Shown: positions 9,241-19,155 of the stretch, piece after piece
How positions within the stretch are numbered: the stretch's first letter is position 1
Layout of the letters: the number at the start of each line of letters is the position of its first letter
Assembly (NCBI GenBank): GCA_964539795.1
Contig: CAZIKS010000006.1
Span: 9,738-40,480 of the forward strand
Length of the DNA: 30,743 nt
Source: an uncultured Pirellulales bacterium
Lineage (GTDB): Bacteria; Planctomycetota; Phycisphaerae; Sedimentisphaerales; Anaerobacaceae
Reading direction: 5' to 3'
Translations under genes and position numbers: made by a program
The notes under the pieces: generated by a model
Told to the model about the DNA's origin: nothing
Seen by the model: the letters and a program-made list of their open reading frames with translations, nothing else
Databases searched by the model: none

Positions 9241-10778
9241 AGTCTGTCCTGTTCATTAATATTTTGAATTAAATCTAAGAAACTTTTTTTATAATTACCA
9301 ACATCGAGGCCTTCTATCTTGTCGACAAGTTGTTTTTCAATTTCAATATCGATATCGAGCTTATGTGGTTCCCTGCCCTGCAATGCGGCAAGTGCAAGGA
9401 TAGCAGCTCCAAGAGCGGTGGCCTCGTTTATGTTCGTCTTGTATACTTTACTTTGCGGGTAGAATGCCGTTAGCAGCTTGAGATATGGTTGATTTTGCCT
9501 GAAGCCCCCTTCGACAAATATCTGTCCGCCATCTTGATAACCGGCGGCATCCAACGCACATGAGGTCTGAACGGCAAGTGAGCTGAGCAGTGCGGCGATA
9601 GAATGGTCATAATTATCTGCGAAGGAGGGTTTTTTTACCATAGACCGGAACTGCTCAAGTGATATGTGGTTATCGCCGTCTATCAAGGTTGGGCTGGAGA
9701 GGGGAAACAGGCCTGCACCCTGTACAACAGAAGGTAAAATAAAAACATCACACCGGTCAAACAGCAGATTATAAAGCTCATAATCAAAAGCCGGCAGCTC
9801 ACTTCTTTTATGAATGGCTGTAAAGAGCTTCATATAAGTTTCATATTCAAGACCGCCCATGAAGATTGAAGTTTTGACGGGCCTGCCGAAAACATCCTGA
9901 TTATAAAATACATTCCTGCCGAGCTCCTGTGGCTTGAAAGACACGCTATTAGCAGGTTTCATAGCAACGCACCATGTGCCTGTTGAGTTCAGGACAAAGT
10001 TGTCGTTTTCGGTGAGCAAAAACGGTAACAGGCTTGCATTTGAATCATGAACACCAACTGTGACAATGCAATCGGTGGAAAGGCCGCATTGTTCGGCGAT
10101 CTGCGGGCTTATGGTGCCGAGTTTGTCCCAGGAAAAACAAATCTTTTCAGGAAGTTTTTCTATAAGTCCCAGCTTTTGTGCAATATCTGAATATGTATTA
10201 TTTTTATGGTCATAAAGATAAGTGTGGCAGCCGAGCATTGTGGGTTCTGCGGCAACATTGCCCGTAAGCCGGAACCCGAAATATTGCGGATACAAAAGGA
10301 TGTGCTTCGTTTTCTCCATCTCATCAGGAAAGTTTTTCTTCAAATAATAGAGTATCTTGGCGAAGTTTATCATTTCTCCTATTTCAGCGGTTGCCGTTTG
10401 TAGTTGCAGGTCTAATCTGTCGCCGAATTCATCAAAAAATGCATCGCAGAATTGACGCCCTGGTTTATTTGTATATGCAAGCGGCGGACAGGTAATGTCC
10501 CCGTTTGAATCGATGCATACTCCCATCGCTCCGTGAGTAGTTACAGATATCGCTGAAATGGAATAACGGTCTGAAAAAAATTTCAGCCTGTTAAGAAACC
10601 AGTCAAAAACGGCCTGCGGCTGCTCAAGCTTAAGGCCCGCCTGGCCGGTAACTTCTCCGAAGTTCTTTGAGTCCTTCTCAAGAATCTTGAGATCTCTGTC
10701 AAAAACAAGAACCTTTTTATTGGTCTTGCCGATATCCAATATAACAATTGCACGGGTTTTCACCTGATAATGCTCCAC
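9237..10778 (-). CDS. rhaB: Rhamnulokinase (FGGY carbohydrate kinase family)
   Basis: It has the FGGY N-terminal fold ([27 protein letters not shown]) and C-terminal kinase motifs ([28 protein letters not shown]). It sits between rhaA and rhaD, translationally coupled to rhaA. Confidence 0.85.
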   Translation of the reverse strand: MEHYQVKTRAIVILDIGKTNKKVLVFDRDLKILEKDSKNFGEVTGQAGLKLEQPQAVFDWFLNRLKFFSDRYSISAISVTTHGAMGVCIDSNGDITCPPLAYTNKPGRQFCDAFFDEFGDRLDLQLQTATAEIGEMINFAKILYYLKKNFPDEMEKTKHILLYPQYFGFRLTGNVAAEPTMLGCHTYLYDHKNNTYSDIAQKLGLIEKLPEKICFSWDKLGTISPQIAEQCGLSTDCIVTVGVHDSNASLLPFLLTENDNFVLNSTGTWCVAMKPANSVSFKPQELGRNVFYNQDVFGRPVKTSIFMGGLEYETYMKLFTAIHKRSELPAFDYELYNLLFDRCDVFILPSVVQGAGLFPLSSPTLIDGDNHISLEQFRSMVKKPSFADNYDHSIAALLSSLAVQTSCALDAAGYQDGGQIFVEGGFRQNQPYLKLLTAFYPQSKVYKTNINEATALGAAILALAALQGREPHKLDIDIEIEKQLVDKIEGLDVGNYKKSFLDLIQNINEQDRL

Positions 10779-10784
10779 AACAAA

Positions 10785-11597
10785 TCAAAGGCCGGTTTCT
10801 GTTTCAAGAATAGATTTGTCGTAATCAAGGTTAAAACGTTCAGCAAGAGCCAAAAGCTGCCCGTCGCTTATGACGGAATTTATGCCGCCGGCGGCTTTGG
10901 CTTTGAGGTATATCTCCGCGGCTTTTTCGGCGACATGGATTCTGCCCATCGCCTCGTCAGGGTCTTTGCCGGTTGCAAAGATGCCGTGGTGCTGCCAGAC
11001 TGCCATATCTCTTTTTTGACAGGCCCTTGCCGTTTCAATGCCAATCTCCATACTTCCCGGCACAAGCCAGGGGATAAATTCTATGCCTTTTGGGAAAACA
11101 ACCATGCTTTCAGTTTGCATCTGCCACAGGAGTTTGCTCAGTTTTTCGGTGGTAAGCTCTTCGACGAGAGTCAGCGTGATAAGATTCGTTGCGTGATTAT
11201 GTATTACAACGCGTCTGCCGGTCTCCTTAATGGACGAATGGCTGCCCAGGTGAGCGAATAACTCGGAGGTCGGGCTAGCGCCTTTTGTAAAGCCGCCGAC
11301 AATAGTGTATGCAGAACCTTTGTCGTTAAGCTTGATAAAACCGAGATTTTCAAGCGGTGCAAGTTCGATGTTTCTGAGAAATTTACCTGTGCCAGAAATA
11401 AGGAATACGTCGTTTTCAAGGTCAGGGTATTCTGTCGGCAAATCTATCCAGTCGCCTTTTGCCTTTTCTGTAAGCGAGGCCTTTTCTTCGTCATCGAGTC
11501 TTACGCTTATGTTACCCCCGTTTGCTTCTATCCAGCCTTTGTCCCACATGTCACGGCTGACACGAGCAACTGTCGTTATTAAATCTTCACAGTTCAT
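10785..11597 (-). CDS. rhaD: Rhamnulose-1-phosphate aldolase (class II aldolase)
   Basis: Near-collinear with E. coli RhaD in WDKGWIEANGGNISVRLDD, ISGTGKFLRN, PTSELFAHLGSH, VIHNHATNLITLT and a 270-aa length. It lies 6 bp upstream of rhaB. Confidence 0.9.
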   Translation of the reverse strand: MNCEDLITTVARVSRDMWDKGWIEANGGNISVRLDDEEKASLTEKAKGDWIDLPTEYPDLENDVFLISGTGKFLRNIELAPLENLGFIKLNDKGSAYTIVGGFTKGASPTSELFAHLGSHSSIKETGRRVVIHNHATNLITLTLVEELTTEKLSKLLWQMQTESMVVFPKGIEFIPWLVPGSMEIGIETARACQKRDMAVWQHHGIFATGKDPDEAMGRIHVAEKAAEIYLKAKAAGGINSVISDGQLLALAERFNLDYDKSILETETGL

Positions 11598-11652
11598 TAG
11601 AATCCTGTCAGAGTATTAAATAATTCATAAAATTATTATCAATAAAACACCA

Positions 11653-13260
11653 TCAGGGCTTTTTTGTAATAAGCCACATTGTTGCGGTAATAAACCAACT
11701 GACTGTCGTAATCATCATCAACGGCTTGACCTGCTCCAGTTCCATACGGCCTGCAAGTAACAATAACGACGCGCCGATTAACAAAATAAGCGATATCCAT
11801 GATATCACCCTTGCCAGCAGCATTATCGTCGTTACATTTGATGGACGCATTTTCTTTTGATAGAAAAAACTAAGTGTGATATACAGAAGCGCAGCAATAA
11901 ACCATCCCGGCAGAGAAACAAAGAACAGTTGTATCCCTGCATACTTAACCATTATCAGGCAAATACAAACCGTACAAATCCACGCAAGACCAGCCGCCCA
12001 GTTAAATAACCTCCCCGATACTTCGGCGTAATTGCTCTGCAGGCCTAATTTCTTGATAACCCAGAAATCAACAAAAATCACAGCTCCCATCGGCATCAGA
12101 AGCATGCCATAAAGAGCAACAAAACCAAGCAGTTTCATCGCGATAGCTGGGAACATCCCCATAATGGTAGCAACAGCGCCTGTCAGCAGTGTAACTGTAA
12201 AACGCGGCGTCTTTGGTATGATAGCCTGAAATGCAAGACCCGCACGGTAAATAGTAGGATTTGCAGTGGTCCATCCTGCGACTATCACGCATAATAAACC
12301 CGAAATGCCGGCGGCTTTATAAGCCAGTGGGCCCGGCAGAACGTCTGTATTGGTTGGTTCAAGGTAAAGCTGGTAGGCATAAAGAACAGACGCGCACAGC
12401 CATGCCATGAAATGGCCTACATACATACCCGCCCCTGATGCTATTGCATATCTGGATTTACGTGCAAAACGAAATACCGATAAATCAGACATCCCGATAT
12501 GCATTGCCATATTACAGAACCATGCAAAGAAGGTTACGTGCCAAAACGTGAATTTTATCTGGCCCGGTAAAGGTTCGCCGCCTTGCCAGATATGTTCCTT
12601 GGCCAGTTGCCATAAGTCGCCGGCGGATTTGATATCTGCGCCGGTTGTGTCGATAAACTGTTTTAAACCGATAAAACCAAACGCAAGAAAAACAAGCACC
12701 ATCCAGGGCGCGGCAATGTTGGCGAACCTGGCGACCGCTTTATAACCAAAAGCGGCAACAATCGAAATAAGGCTCCCAACTGCCAGCACCGCCAGCACCC
12801 AGCCTGCACTGTTCGGGTAAATGTCGTTAAGACCGGGCATCGGGAATTTGAACCATACCCCGACTGCCGTTGCTGAGACGGTAATCATCGAGCCTGCAAG
12901 GAAACAGAACATCACTCCGTTAGCAAGGTTGTAAAGCGTAACAAGATTTCTTCCGCATATCTTTTCCAACTGGTAGTACAAGGTCAGGCGGGCTCGGGTG
13001 GCAATGGGTGCACACAAAAACATCCAGCTTAAAACCGCCAATGCGTTGCCTGCAAGCAAACCCGCAATCAAATCAAATGCACCAACACCTGCGGCAACGA
13101 ACAACGGGCCTATCATCAGTTCGGTCCCGGCGCAGTGCTCGCCTGCGTACATCCCGACAAAGTCCCTGAAACCTAACAGGGCATTTTGTGGGACCGGCTG
13201 ACGCTCGTATTCATCATGGCCGTGCTGTTGTATCTGGTCCTGCTCGTCTGACATTTTCAA
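11653..13260 (-). CDS. Polytopic membrane transporter of the APC superfamily, NCS1/cytosine-purine permease-like, with about 12 TM plus an extra C-terminal TM pair. It heads the rhaDBA operon and is a candidate rhamnose or rhamnose-derivative importer.
   Basis: About 14 hydrophobic helices are present. The LGFRDFVGMYAGEHCAGTELMIGPLF region is NCS1-like, and FFAWFCNMAMHIGMSDLSVFRFARK resembles the NCS1 TM6 N..D.SR motif. The family assignment is by eye only. Confidence 0.65.
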   Translation of the reverse strand: MKMSDEQDQIQQHGHDEYERQPVPQNALLGFRDFVGMYAGEHCAGTELMIGPLFVAAGVGAFDLIAGLLAGNALAVLSWMFLCAPIATRARLTLYYQLEKICGRNLVTLYNLANGVMFCFLAGSMITVSATAVGVWFKFPMPGLNDIYPNSAGWVLAVLAVGSLISIVAAFGYKAVARFANIAAPWMVLVFLAFGFIGLKQFIDTTGADIKSAGDLWQLAKEHIWQGGEPLPGQIKFTFWHVTFFAWFCNMAMHIGMSDLSVFRFARKSRYAIASGAGMYVGHFMAWLCASVLYAYQLYLEPTNTDVLPGPLAYKAAGISGLLCVIVAGWTTANPTIYRAGLAFQAIIPKTPRFTVTLLTGAVATIMGMFPAIAMKLLGFVALYGMLLMPMGAVIFVDFWVIKKLGLQSNYAEVSGRLFNWAAGLAWICTVCICLIMVKYAGIQLFFVSLPGWFIAALLYITLSFFYQKKMRPSNVTTIMLLARVISWISLILLIGASLLLLAGRMELEQVKPLMMITTVSWFITATMWLITKKP

Positions 13261-13297
13261 CTGCCTTTATCCCGAAGGGAAACTCTGCTGATAAAAC

Positions 13298-13465
13298 GAT
13301 AATATCAAAATTACCCTTCAAACGCAAACCCTCAATTTAACACCTTCTGGCTGTAATTAGTAAGAAAAATTCCTACAACCAAAATACAACCCAAACCCCC
13401 ATTAGCGTGTAAAATCAAAAAAATAATGAACTTTTTAAACATATGTTTTAGGACAGTCGGCTTTG
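13298..13465 (+). repeat. Intergenic repeat-family copy R3, upstream of the transporter/rha operon
   Basis: The sequence is aatatcaaaatt..ggctgtaattagtaagaaaaattcctacaaccaaaatacaacccaaaccccc...aatgaactttttaaac. It is near-identical to R7 over roughly 60 bp. Confidence 0.7.
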
Positions 13466-13672
13466 TCGGAAAAAATTCATTTTATGAAGGCTGGAGGGGA
13501 TTAGTTTTCATCTCTGCCTACTGAATACATAAAATATCTAATATCACCTGTGGGTGGTGATTATAGCTCGACCAGCTTAGGAAATCGACTGAAATCTACA
13601 AGATATGTCTTCCATAAGTTTTTGCATTGCAACATTGTTACATTTGGATGACTTTTGACACCCTCCGACATA

Positions 13673-14842
13673 CTAATCCGACTTCAGAAAATACTCGAAG
13701 AAATTATATATCTGGCTGTTGGATTCAGGCGTCGGTGTATGTCCTTTCCGGTTGGTCATAGCTACTCTGTTCTTATATCCGAGGATGTCATTCACAGCGA
13801 TTGTGTGATTCAGTGCCTTCCACCTTTCCGCGGTATCCTCCGAACCGCCGGAGACAAGAAAAGGTCTCGGAGCCATAAGAGCGTGTACTTCATGCAGGTC
13901 ATGACCTTCTTCGACAAGCTTTTTATAGGCCCCGGTCCGTGGCTTGTCCTTACTCGGAACACCTGCTTTCCGCTGTTTACCGGATTCCCACCCAAGATAC
14001 CACGGCTCCCAATAGTTCACGTTCGGACGAGTTTCATCAAAGACAATTCCCGGGTCGGACCAAACTGCACATGCAAACTTTTCGTAAAAACATGAGCCGA
14101 ACATTGCCCACTTGCCTCCATAAGAATGCCCTATGATGCCTATTCGTTCGCCATCCACTTCGGGCAACTCTGCAAGAACCGTATGGCAGTTCGCTGCAGC
14201 ATAGGCCAGTGCAGACAGGGGCTGAAGGGCGGCCTCTCCACTGGATTCGCACAAAGGTTTATAATTGGGTTTCAGCCTGCAGAAATCAGGTGTCCCGATT
14301 GACAGAACTACAAAGCCGCGTTTGGCCAGCTGATATCCGAAATCAAGGTTTTCCTTACCTAACCCCACTGCCGTCCCCGCATCATAAAACACTACCACAA
14401 CGGCCGGCAAAGGCCCCTTGTCTTCAGGTATCAAAAGATACCCGTTTACAGTCTGTTTGCCGGGGGCGATTTCAATTCGCACTCGATGCTGTATGAAATT
14501 ATCGCGTTTGGTTTTTTCGAGTTCTTCAATACCCGGCTTTTTTAGCAATGGCGGCCATAAGCCGAGATTCTCTTCCCAGAATTTTAATATCTCTTCACGG
14601 CGTCTTTTCCAGTCTTCGGGCGTTTTAACTTTTTTTCCGTCACCAAACAACAGCGGCGATTTATATCCACCGTAATCATTTTCATATTCGGCAGGTGGCC
14701 CGAAGGCTTCCGCTATATTGGCGGGAATGTCCTTATCGGTGTTCTCTTTCGAAACTTTCTCACTTGCAGTCAACCGGCTGATACCGGTAAACATAAGTAA
14801 CACGACAAAACCAAATATCAGGATTCTTACACGGGCTGCCAT
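13673..14842 (-). CDS. Secreted alpha/beta-hydrolase-fold esterase (acetylxylan-esterase or dienelactone-hydrolase-like). It is a possible carbohydrate esterase.
   Basis: It has a signal peptide (MAARVRILIFGFVVLLMFTGISRLTA), the nucleophile elbow GHSYGG, and downstream acid/His regions (SDPG..., HALMAPRP). Confidence 0.75.
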   Translation of the reverse strand: MAARVRILIFGFVVLLMFTGISRLTASEKVSKENTDKDIPANIAEAFGPPAEYENDYGGYKSPLLFGDGKKVKTPEDWKRRREEILKFWEENLGLWPPLLKKPGIEELEKTKRDNFIQHRVRIEIAPGKQTVNGYLLIPEDKGPLPAVVVVFYDAGTAVGLGKENLDFGYQLAKRGFVVLSIGTPDFCRLKPNYKPLCESSGEAALQPLSALAYAAANCHTVLAELPEVDGERIGIIGHSYGGKWAMFGSCFYEKFACAVWSDPGIVFDETRPNVNYWEPWYLGWESGKQRKAGVPSKDKPRTGAYKKLVEEGHDLHEVHALMAPRPFLVSGGSEDTAERWKALNHTIAVNDILGYKNRVAMTNRKGHTPTPESNSQIYNFFEYFLKSD

Positions 14843-14885
14843 TAACTAAATCCTCCTTACCTTATACTTTATTTGTTCAACCGTC

Positions 14886-14940
14886 TATAATATCAAAATA
14901 TTCTTACGGCTGCAATCGATGAGTTTTTAATTTAGTCCTG
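14886..14940 (+). repeat. Truncated or degenerate repeat-family copy R4, upstream of the hydrolase gene
   Basis: Only the left-hand modules are present: ataatatcaaaatattcttacggctgcaatcgatgagtttttaatt. Confidence 0.3.
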
Positions 14941-14989
14941 GAAGATTACAAAATTATATCACAAAAGTATAAACCTTTGAAAAATTATA

Positions 14990-16012
14990 CTATGATTTTT
15001 GTTCGAGTTCGGCACGGAATTTCGGCAGAGCGTTCGGGTAATTATCCCGCAGGAATTCAACTAACTTTTCTCTTATATGACAGCGTAAGCTCCAGGCCAT
15101 TGAGGCGTCGGCGGCGCTCATTAAGGCCCTCAGTTCCACCGTTTTTTCAGTGGTCTTTGTTACCTGAAGAACGCATACCTTTTTGTCCCAAAGCTCTGAT
15201 TCGTTGAGCAATTCCTGGAGTTTTTGGCGGATTGCATCGACCGGTACGCTGTAATCCACATATATGAAAACGGTTCCGAGTATATCAGCCGACTTTCGCG
15301 TCCAGTTCTGGAACGGTTTTTCTATGAAGTATGTTATTGGAACGATAAGACGACGCTGGTCCCAGATTTTTACCACTACATAAGTCAGGGTAATCTCTTC
15401 AATTCTGCCCCATTCATTTTCAACGATAACAACATCGTCGATACGTATCGGCTGGGTAAATGCTATTTGCAGTCCCGCGATAAAAGTGCCGATGGTCCTT
15501 TGTGCGGCCATACCCACGACGATCCCGATTATACCCGCTGAAGCGAGAATTGTAGTACCAAGCTGGCGTATATTCTCAAAGGTCATTAGCATCGTACCCA
15601 GGGCAAGAATGCAGACAACTACGAAAACTATCCGCTTGAGCACACGAAACTGAGTGTATATTTTTCGGGCTCTCAGATTGTCTTTTGCTTCGACATTGAA
15701 ACGGGCAAGAAGAAATGCTTCCAGGACACTTGTTAATTTTATAATCAGCCAGGATACAGTGCCGATAAATAGCAGGCTGAGTAGATGTTTTTCACCTTTA
15801 AAAGTTTCACCAGGTGCCATTGTTTGAATTATCACTCTTACGATAAACACTACGGCCGTCCATTGCAGAGGTCTGTACAGGTGGCTGACAACAGCTTCGT
15901 CGAGTGTCCCTTTTGTACGCCTGGCGATGGCAAGAAATATCCTGTACAATACGAAATGGCCGACCATACCTACTGTAAAAGCTATAAGAAATAACCATTT
16001 TACCTCATTCAT
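14990..16012 (-). CDS. mscS: Small-conductance mechanosensitive channel (MscS family). The ORF-track frame extends to 16072, but the ATG at 16010-16012 (MNEVKW...) is the likely start.
   Basis: Three N-terminal TM helices are followed by the MscS pore/beta-domain signature GTTILASAGIIGIVVGMAAQRTIGTFIAGLQIAFTQPIRIDDVV and the C-terminal cytoplasmic vestibule. Confidence 0.85.
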   Translation of the reverse strand: MNEVKWLFLIAFTVGMVGHFVLYRIFLAIARRTKGTLDEAVVSHLYRPLQWTAVVFIVRVIIQTMAPGETFKGEKHLLSLLFIGTVSWLIIKLTSVLEAFLLARFNVEAKDNLRARKIYTQFRVLKRIVFVVVCILALGTMLMTFENIRQLGTTILASAGIIGIVVGMAAQRTIGTFIAGLQIAFTQPIRIDDVVIVENEWGRIEEITLTYVVVKIWDQRRLIVPITYFIEKPFQNWTRKSADILGTVFIYVDYSVPVDAIRQKLQELLNESELWDKKVCVLQVTKTTEKTVELRALMSAADASMAWSLRCHIREKLVEFLRDNYPNALPKFRAELEQKS

Positions 16013-16082
16013 AATTGACCTCTTAACAAAGATTTCCCATTTATATCTGCTCGGTAAAGTTACAAACCTCAATTTTTATACA

Positions 16083-16275
16083 ATATCAAATATGCCTTGA
16101 AAATCAACCTTCCTTATGGAATCTGAGTCTTGACTTGTCGTAAAAGCCGCCAAAATCCCAAATAGCCCACAAAACCACAAAAATTTTTAATCCATCAGAC
16201 TTGTAATATCAAAGAATTAAAAAATCGCAAAAATGACGAACATTTTGAACATCCGATTGCTGCCGTCTTTGCTGC
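16083..16275 (+). repeat. Intergenic repeat-family copy R5 (full length), upstream of mscS
   Basis: The modules are aatatcaaatatgccttgaaaatcaaccttccttatgg, ccaaaatcccaaatagcccacaaaaccacaaaaat, aatccatcagacttgtaatatcaaagaa and the core aatcgcaaaaatgacgaacattttgaacatccgattgctgcc. Confidence 0.75.
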
Positions 16276-16450
16276 TGTGATTGGTGAACGTAGAGGTGGA
16301 GTGACTCTTCTGATAAGTTCGGCGATTTATTATAATTTCACATCTCTAATCTTTAGTGATATGTCTCTCTTTCTCAATTCTAAGAGAAACTTTCTACAAG
16401 CTGTTTTTGCTCGCTCATCAATACCTCTTTGAGTCCCGCCTCAGAAGTCT

Positions 16451-16942
16451 TTAGACTGCGCCCCATAATTCCAGGTGCCGAATGACATCTCCTGACTTAA
16501 TAGTGGTTCCGTTGTGGCAACCGGTAACGTTGCAGATTGAGATGGCGTTATTATAATCCAGCTTCGGCGTTAAGCCGATGACGACCATATCCGCCTCAGG
16601 TTTGCAGCTGCAGCTTACCAGCTTCTTGAACATAACACCGCAGTGGGGACAGTATAATTCGTCTTTCACTCTGTCTTCCAGCTTGCCTGAAAGGATAACC
16701 TTGTCGAAATCGCCCTGTATGGCCGAGAGGACGAGTTCGCCTTCCATGCCGGCTCGCTTATATTTGACTCGCAGGCCGGCAACGCCGTTTATCTTGTGTT
16801 CCTCATCAATAATACTACAGCCGTTCGGACAGTATGCTTCGGTAACAACATATCTTACTTCTTGCTCCTCCGTCCGTCGTGTACTCGCCTTCCGCTTTAT
16901 CAGTGGAATAATCAATTTCCCGTCTTTACCGAATCGTTTCAT
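16451..16942 (-). CDS. Cysteine-rich hypothetical protein (163 aa) with several CxxC-type pairs. It is a putative Zn-ribbon or metal-binding protein.
   Basis: The motifs are CPNGC, CPHCG, CSC-x-KPEA and CNVTGCHNG. It is flanked on both sides by copies of the repeat element. Confidence 0.55.
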   Translation of the reverse strand: MKRFGKDGKLIIPLIKRKASTRRTEEQEVRYVVTEAYCPNGCSIIDEEHKINGVAGLRVKYKRAGMEGELVLSAIQGDFDKVILSGKLEDRVKDELYCPHCGVMFKKLVSCSCKPEADMVVIGLTPKLDYNNAISICNVTGCHNGTTIKSGDVIRHLELWGAV

Positions 16943-17084
16943 ATCTGACTCCGTATTAAAAGTTTGCTTCTCGGCTTTATCGAGACGTCAAAAACCAAAA
17001 ACTGGTATTCGCTTATCCGCGAGCGCTTTCAGCGCTTGGCCCGGCTGTTACAAATGGCCATTTACATTGTAGCTCTTTCCTTTT

Positions 17085-17228
17085 GAATTTACAACCGTAA
17101 TAAGTCGGAAAATGCCCCTGCAGCCAAAACAAAATATAAATCACAAAACTGCAAAAATCCTAAATCCATAAGGTTGATAAAATCAAAGTCTCTAAAAGAG
17201 TTAACATTTTGAATATACTATTGCCCTA
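17085..17228 (+). repeat. Intergenic repeat-family copy R6, upstream of the Cys-rich gene
   Basis: The sequence is cagccaaaacaaaatataaatcacaaaactgcaaaaatcctaaatccataaggttgataaaatcaaagtc...gttaacattttgaatatac. Confidence 0.7.
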
Positions 17229-17244
17229 ACATACATAGCTATCG

Positions 17245-19155
17245 CTACCAGCCTCCACCTCCACCTCCGCCGCCACCTCCGCCGCCACCACTGGACCCAC
17301 CTCCACTGCCCGAGCCCCTGGGTGACGAGGACAGGCTGGAACCGATAGCGGAGCTCATGGCAGACAACCCGCTTAACACAGATGATACAGACTCAGTACC
17401 CGCCAGTCCTGAAGAGCGTTGAGAATAAGGGCGGTAATAGGGAATATAGACATTCGAGACATCGGATATATGGCCGAGGTAATCAGTAGTGACGCCAAAA
17501 GCAATAGCCCAAGGTAGAAGGTCCTCGAAATTTAGACCCATTGTCTCACTGCGTTTGAGTGAACTGCGCATTTCTTGCAGACGCTGCATTATAGCTGCGC
17601 CTTGCTTACTTTTTCGGGCCATGGCAGCACCGGACATGCAAATCAATGAGCCGATGAAAACACCGGTAATACCTGTATCAAACATCCAGCCGCTGCTCTG
17701 GTAGTTTTTAAGCGACACTGTGAAAATCACTCCCAAACCGATAACAACAAAAGGAACAAAGAAAACACTTTTCAACAAACCTTTGAAACCGTTACGCTTC
17801 ACGTTGGATACGAGCATCATGCCGGGAATTCCAGCAAACATTGATCCCCACAAGGCAAAAAAAAGCACCTCCACATCCTCAATGGCCGCCAGTGCCAAAG
17901 AAGGCAAGATAACAATCACGCCTATCATAAGAAAAAGCATTTTGGCTTTTTTCGGCAGTATCACGAACCAGCCCAACGTTTGAACCTGTTGCCACGCTTT
18001 TTTCTTGATATTAGGAATGTGTCGATAAAAGTGATTCTCTAACTGGTCGCTGCTTACTTTTTGTCCTTCAGCTAAATGGTCCAGAAATAGCTTCTTTATC
18101 AGAAGTTCTTCGTAGCTGGCCAGTTCGTCTTTCTCAGGTACTTTAGCCAGTTCAAATTCGTAGCAACCGGGTTTGAGCATCTGCTTCTGTCTGATTTCAT
18201 CGATGTGAATATAACCCCGTCGGGCTAAGTCAATGATTGTCGCCGTTATATCCTGAACGTCAAAGCTCTCATCGATCAGTAGCCCAGCCAGCCCGGGCAT
18301 GATATTAAGAACGTCAATATTATAAACTTGTTGTGGTTCTGGTACCGGATCCCTGCCGACCTTAGACCATATGATTAATAACATAAGCACCGCTGCAACT
18401 GCACCAACTGGAAAGACCCAGGGCTTGATATGGAAGGTATAGGTATTAGTTGCACTGCTGTAATTTTCCAGCATGCCCTTTGGCAACGATACTTTTATCT
18501 CGAATTTGTCTTTCCGGTCGATTCCCTTGGCGCTGAAATGAACCAATCGTCTGTCTTGCTGATTGATTTGCCATTTTGCCTGAGGGGCCTCGGTATAAAA
18601 GATGACCTCGAGCAGGTCTGGCTCGACTGCTTCCGGAAGGGTCAGCGTTACAGCGGCCTCGTTAATGCGGTACTCGCAATCTCGAATCAGTGGTTTCCAG
18701 TAAAGAACATCACGCCTGCGATACTGACCAATAGCTCCCCTGATTCGATAGCGGATTTGAAAAGTGGTTGTTGTGTTGCTGTAGGGTGGATCCGCTGCAT
18801 TACGGCTGCGCCACTTGACATTAATCTTGCCTTTTACCTCTTCGACGATGTAGCCGCCCTTACGCCTGATACTGCCTTTCTCATAAACTTCATCGTTCTC
18901 ACTAACATCTATAATTTCAATCCCATCACATCCGTGCAGCGAGTAATAGCGATAAAGACCGTTCCAGTCTCCGCTTAGCCGTACCCGTTGTGTTTCCACA
19001 ACATCGATGGACGTGTCCCTGTTAAGGGTCATCTTCACATCAATATGCTCATAGACAAGCTGCCTCTGTAAAGCTATACCCGGCTTAGCTGAAAACGACA
19101 AAAAACCGGCCAACAAAAAAACCAAATATTTATATGGGATACGGCAACTATTCAT
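17245..19155 (-). CDS. DUF2207-family membrane protein. It has a signal peptide, a large extracytoplasmic domain, about 4 TM helices, a cytoplasmic region, and a Ser/Gly-rich tail ending in poly-Gly. The likely start is the ATG at 19153-19155 (MNSCRIPYKYLVF...), preceded by GAGGAA. The ORF frame continues to 19218.
   Basis: The architecture and the C-terminal ...SGSGGGSSGGGGGGGGGGGGGW tail are characteristic of DUF2207. A good RBS (gagagGAAcaaaATG) sits at the internal start. Confidence 0.78.
   Translation of the reverse strand: MNSCRIPYKYLVFLLAGFLSFSAKPGIALQRQLVYEHIDVKMTLNRDTSIDVVETQRVRLSGDWNGLYRYYSLHGCDGIEIIDVSENDEVYEKGSIRRKGGYIVEEVKGKINVKWRSRNAADPPYSNTTTTFQIRYRIRGAIGQYRRRDVLYWKPLIRDCEYRINEAAVTLTLPEAVEPDLLEVIFYTEAPQAKWQINQQDRRLVHFSAKGIDRKDKFEIKVSLPKGMLENYSSATNTYTFHIKPWVFPVGAVAAVLMLLIIWSKVGRDPVPEPQQVYNIDVLNIMPGLAGLLIDESFDVQDITATIIDLARRGYIHIDEIRQKQMLKPGCYEFELAKVPEKDELASYEELLIKKLFLDHLAEGQKVSSDQLENHFYRHIPNIKKKAWQQVQTLGWFVILPKKAKMLFLMIGVIVILPSLALAAIEDVEVLFFALWGSMFAGIPGMMLVSNVKRNGFKGLLKSVFFVPFVVIGLGVIFTVSLKNYQSSGWMFDTGITGVFIGSLICMSGAAMARKSKQGAAIMQRLQEMRSSLKRSETMGLNFEDLLPWAIAFGVTTDYLGHISDVSNVYIPYYRPYSQRSSGLAGTESVSSVLSGLSAMSSAIGSSLSSSPRGSGSGGGSSGGGGGGGGGGGGGW
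17248..17330 (-). repeat. Low-complexity (GGN)n coding repeat encoding the poly-Gly/Ser tail of the DUF2207 protein
   Basis: The plus-strand sequence is a simple repeat: ccagcctccacctccacctccgccgccacctccgccgccacc... Confidence 0.8.

Noticed and set aside
13550-13568. A hairpin ATCACC-tgtgggt-GGTGAT about 105 nt downstream of the hydrolase gene
   Set aside because: It has only a 6-bp stem and a weak T-run in minus sense. The evidence for a terminator is too thin.
16226-16260. The core motif as an ECF-type promoter (GGAAG... CGTC)
   Set aside because: The spacing between the GGAA-like and CGTC-like elements is about 11 nt, not the 16-17 nt of ECF promoters. It is reported only as an unexplained conserved site.
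16233-16290. A short conserved-looking mini-ORF inside the repeat core (MTNILNIRLL..., MTNVLNFRWL..., MMNVWNFRLL...)
   Set aside because: Conservation is at the nucleotide level. Other copies lack the ATG, and the reading frames diverge and terminate at different points. A peptide gene is unlikely.
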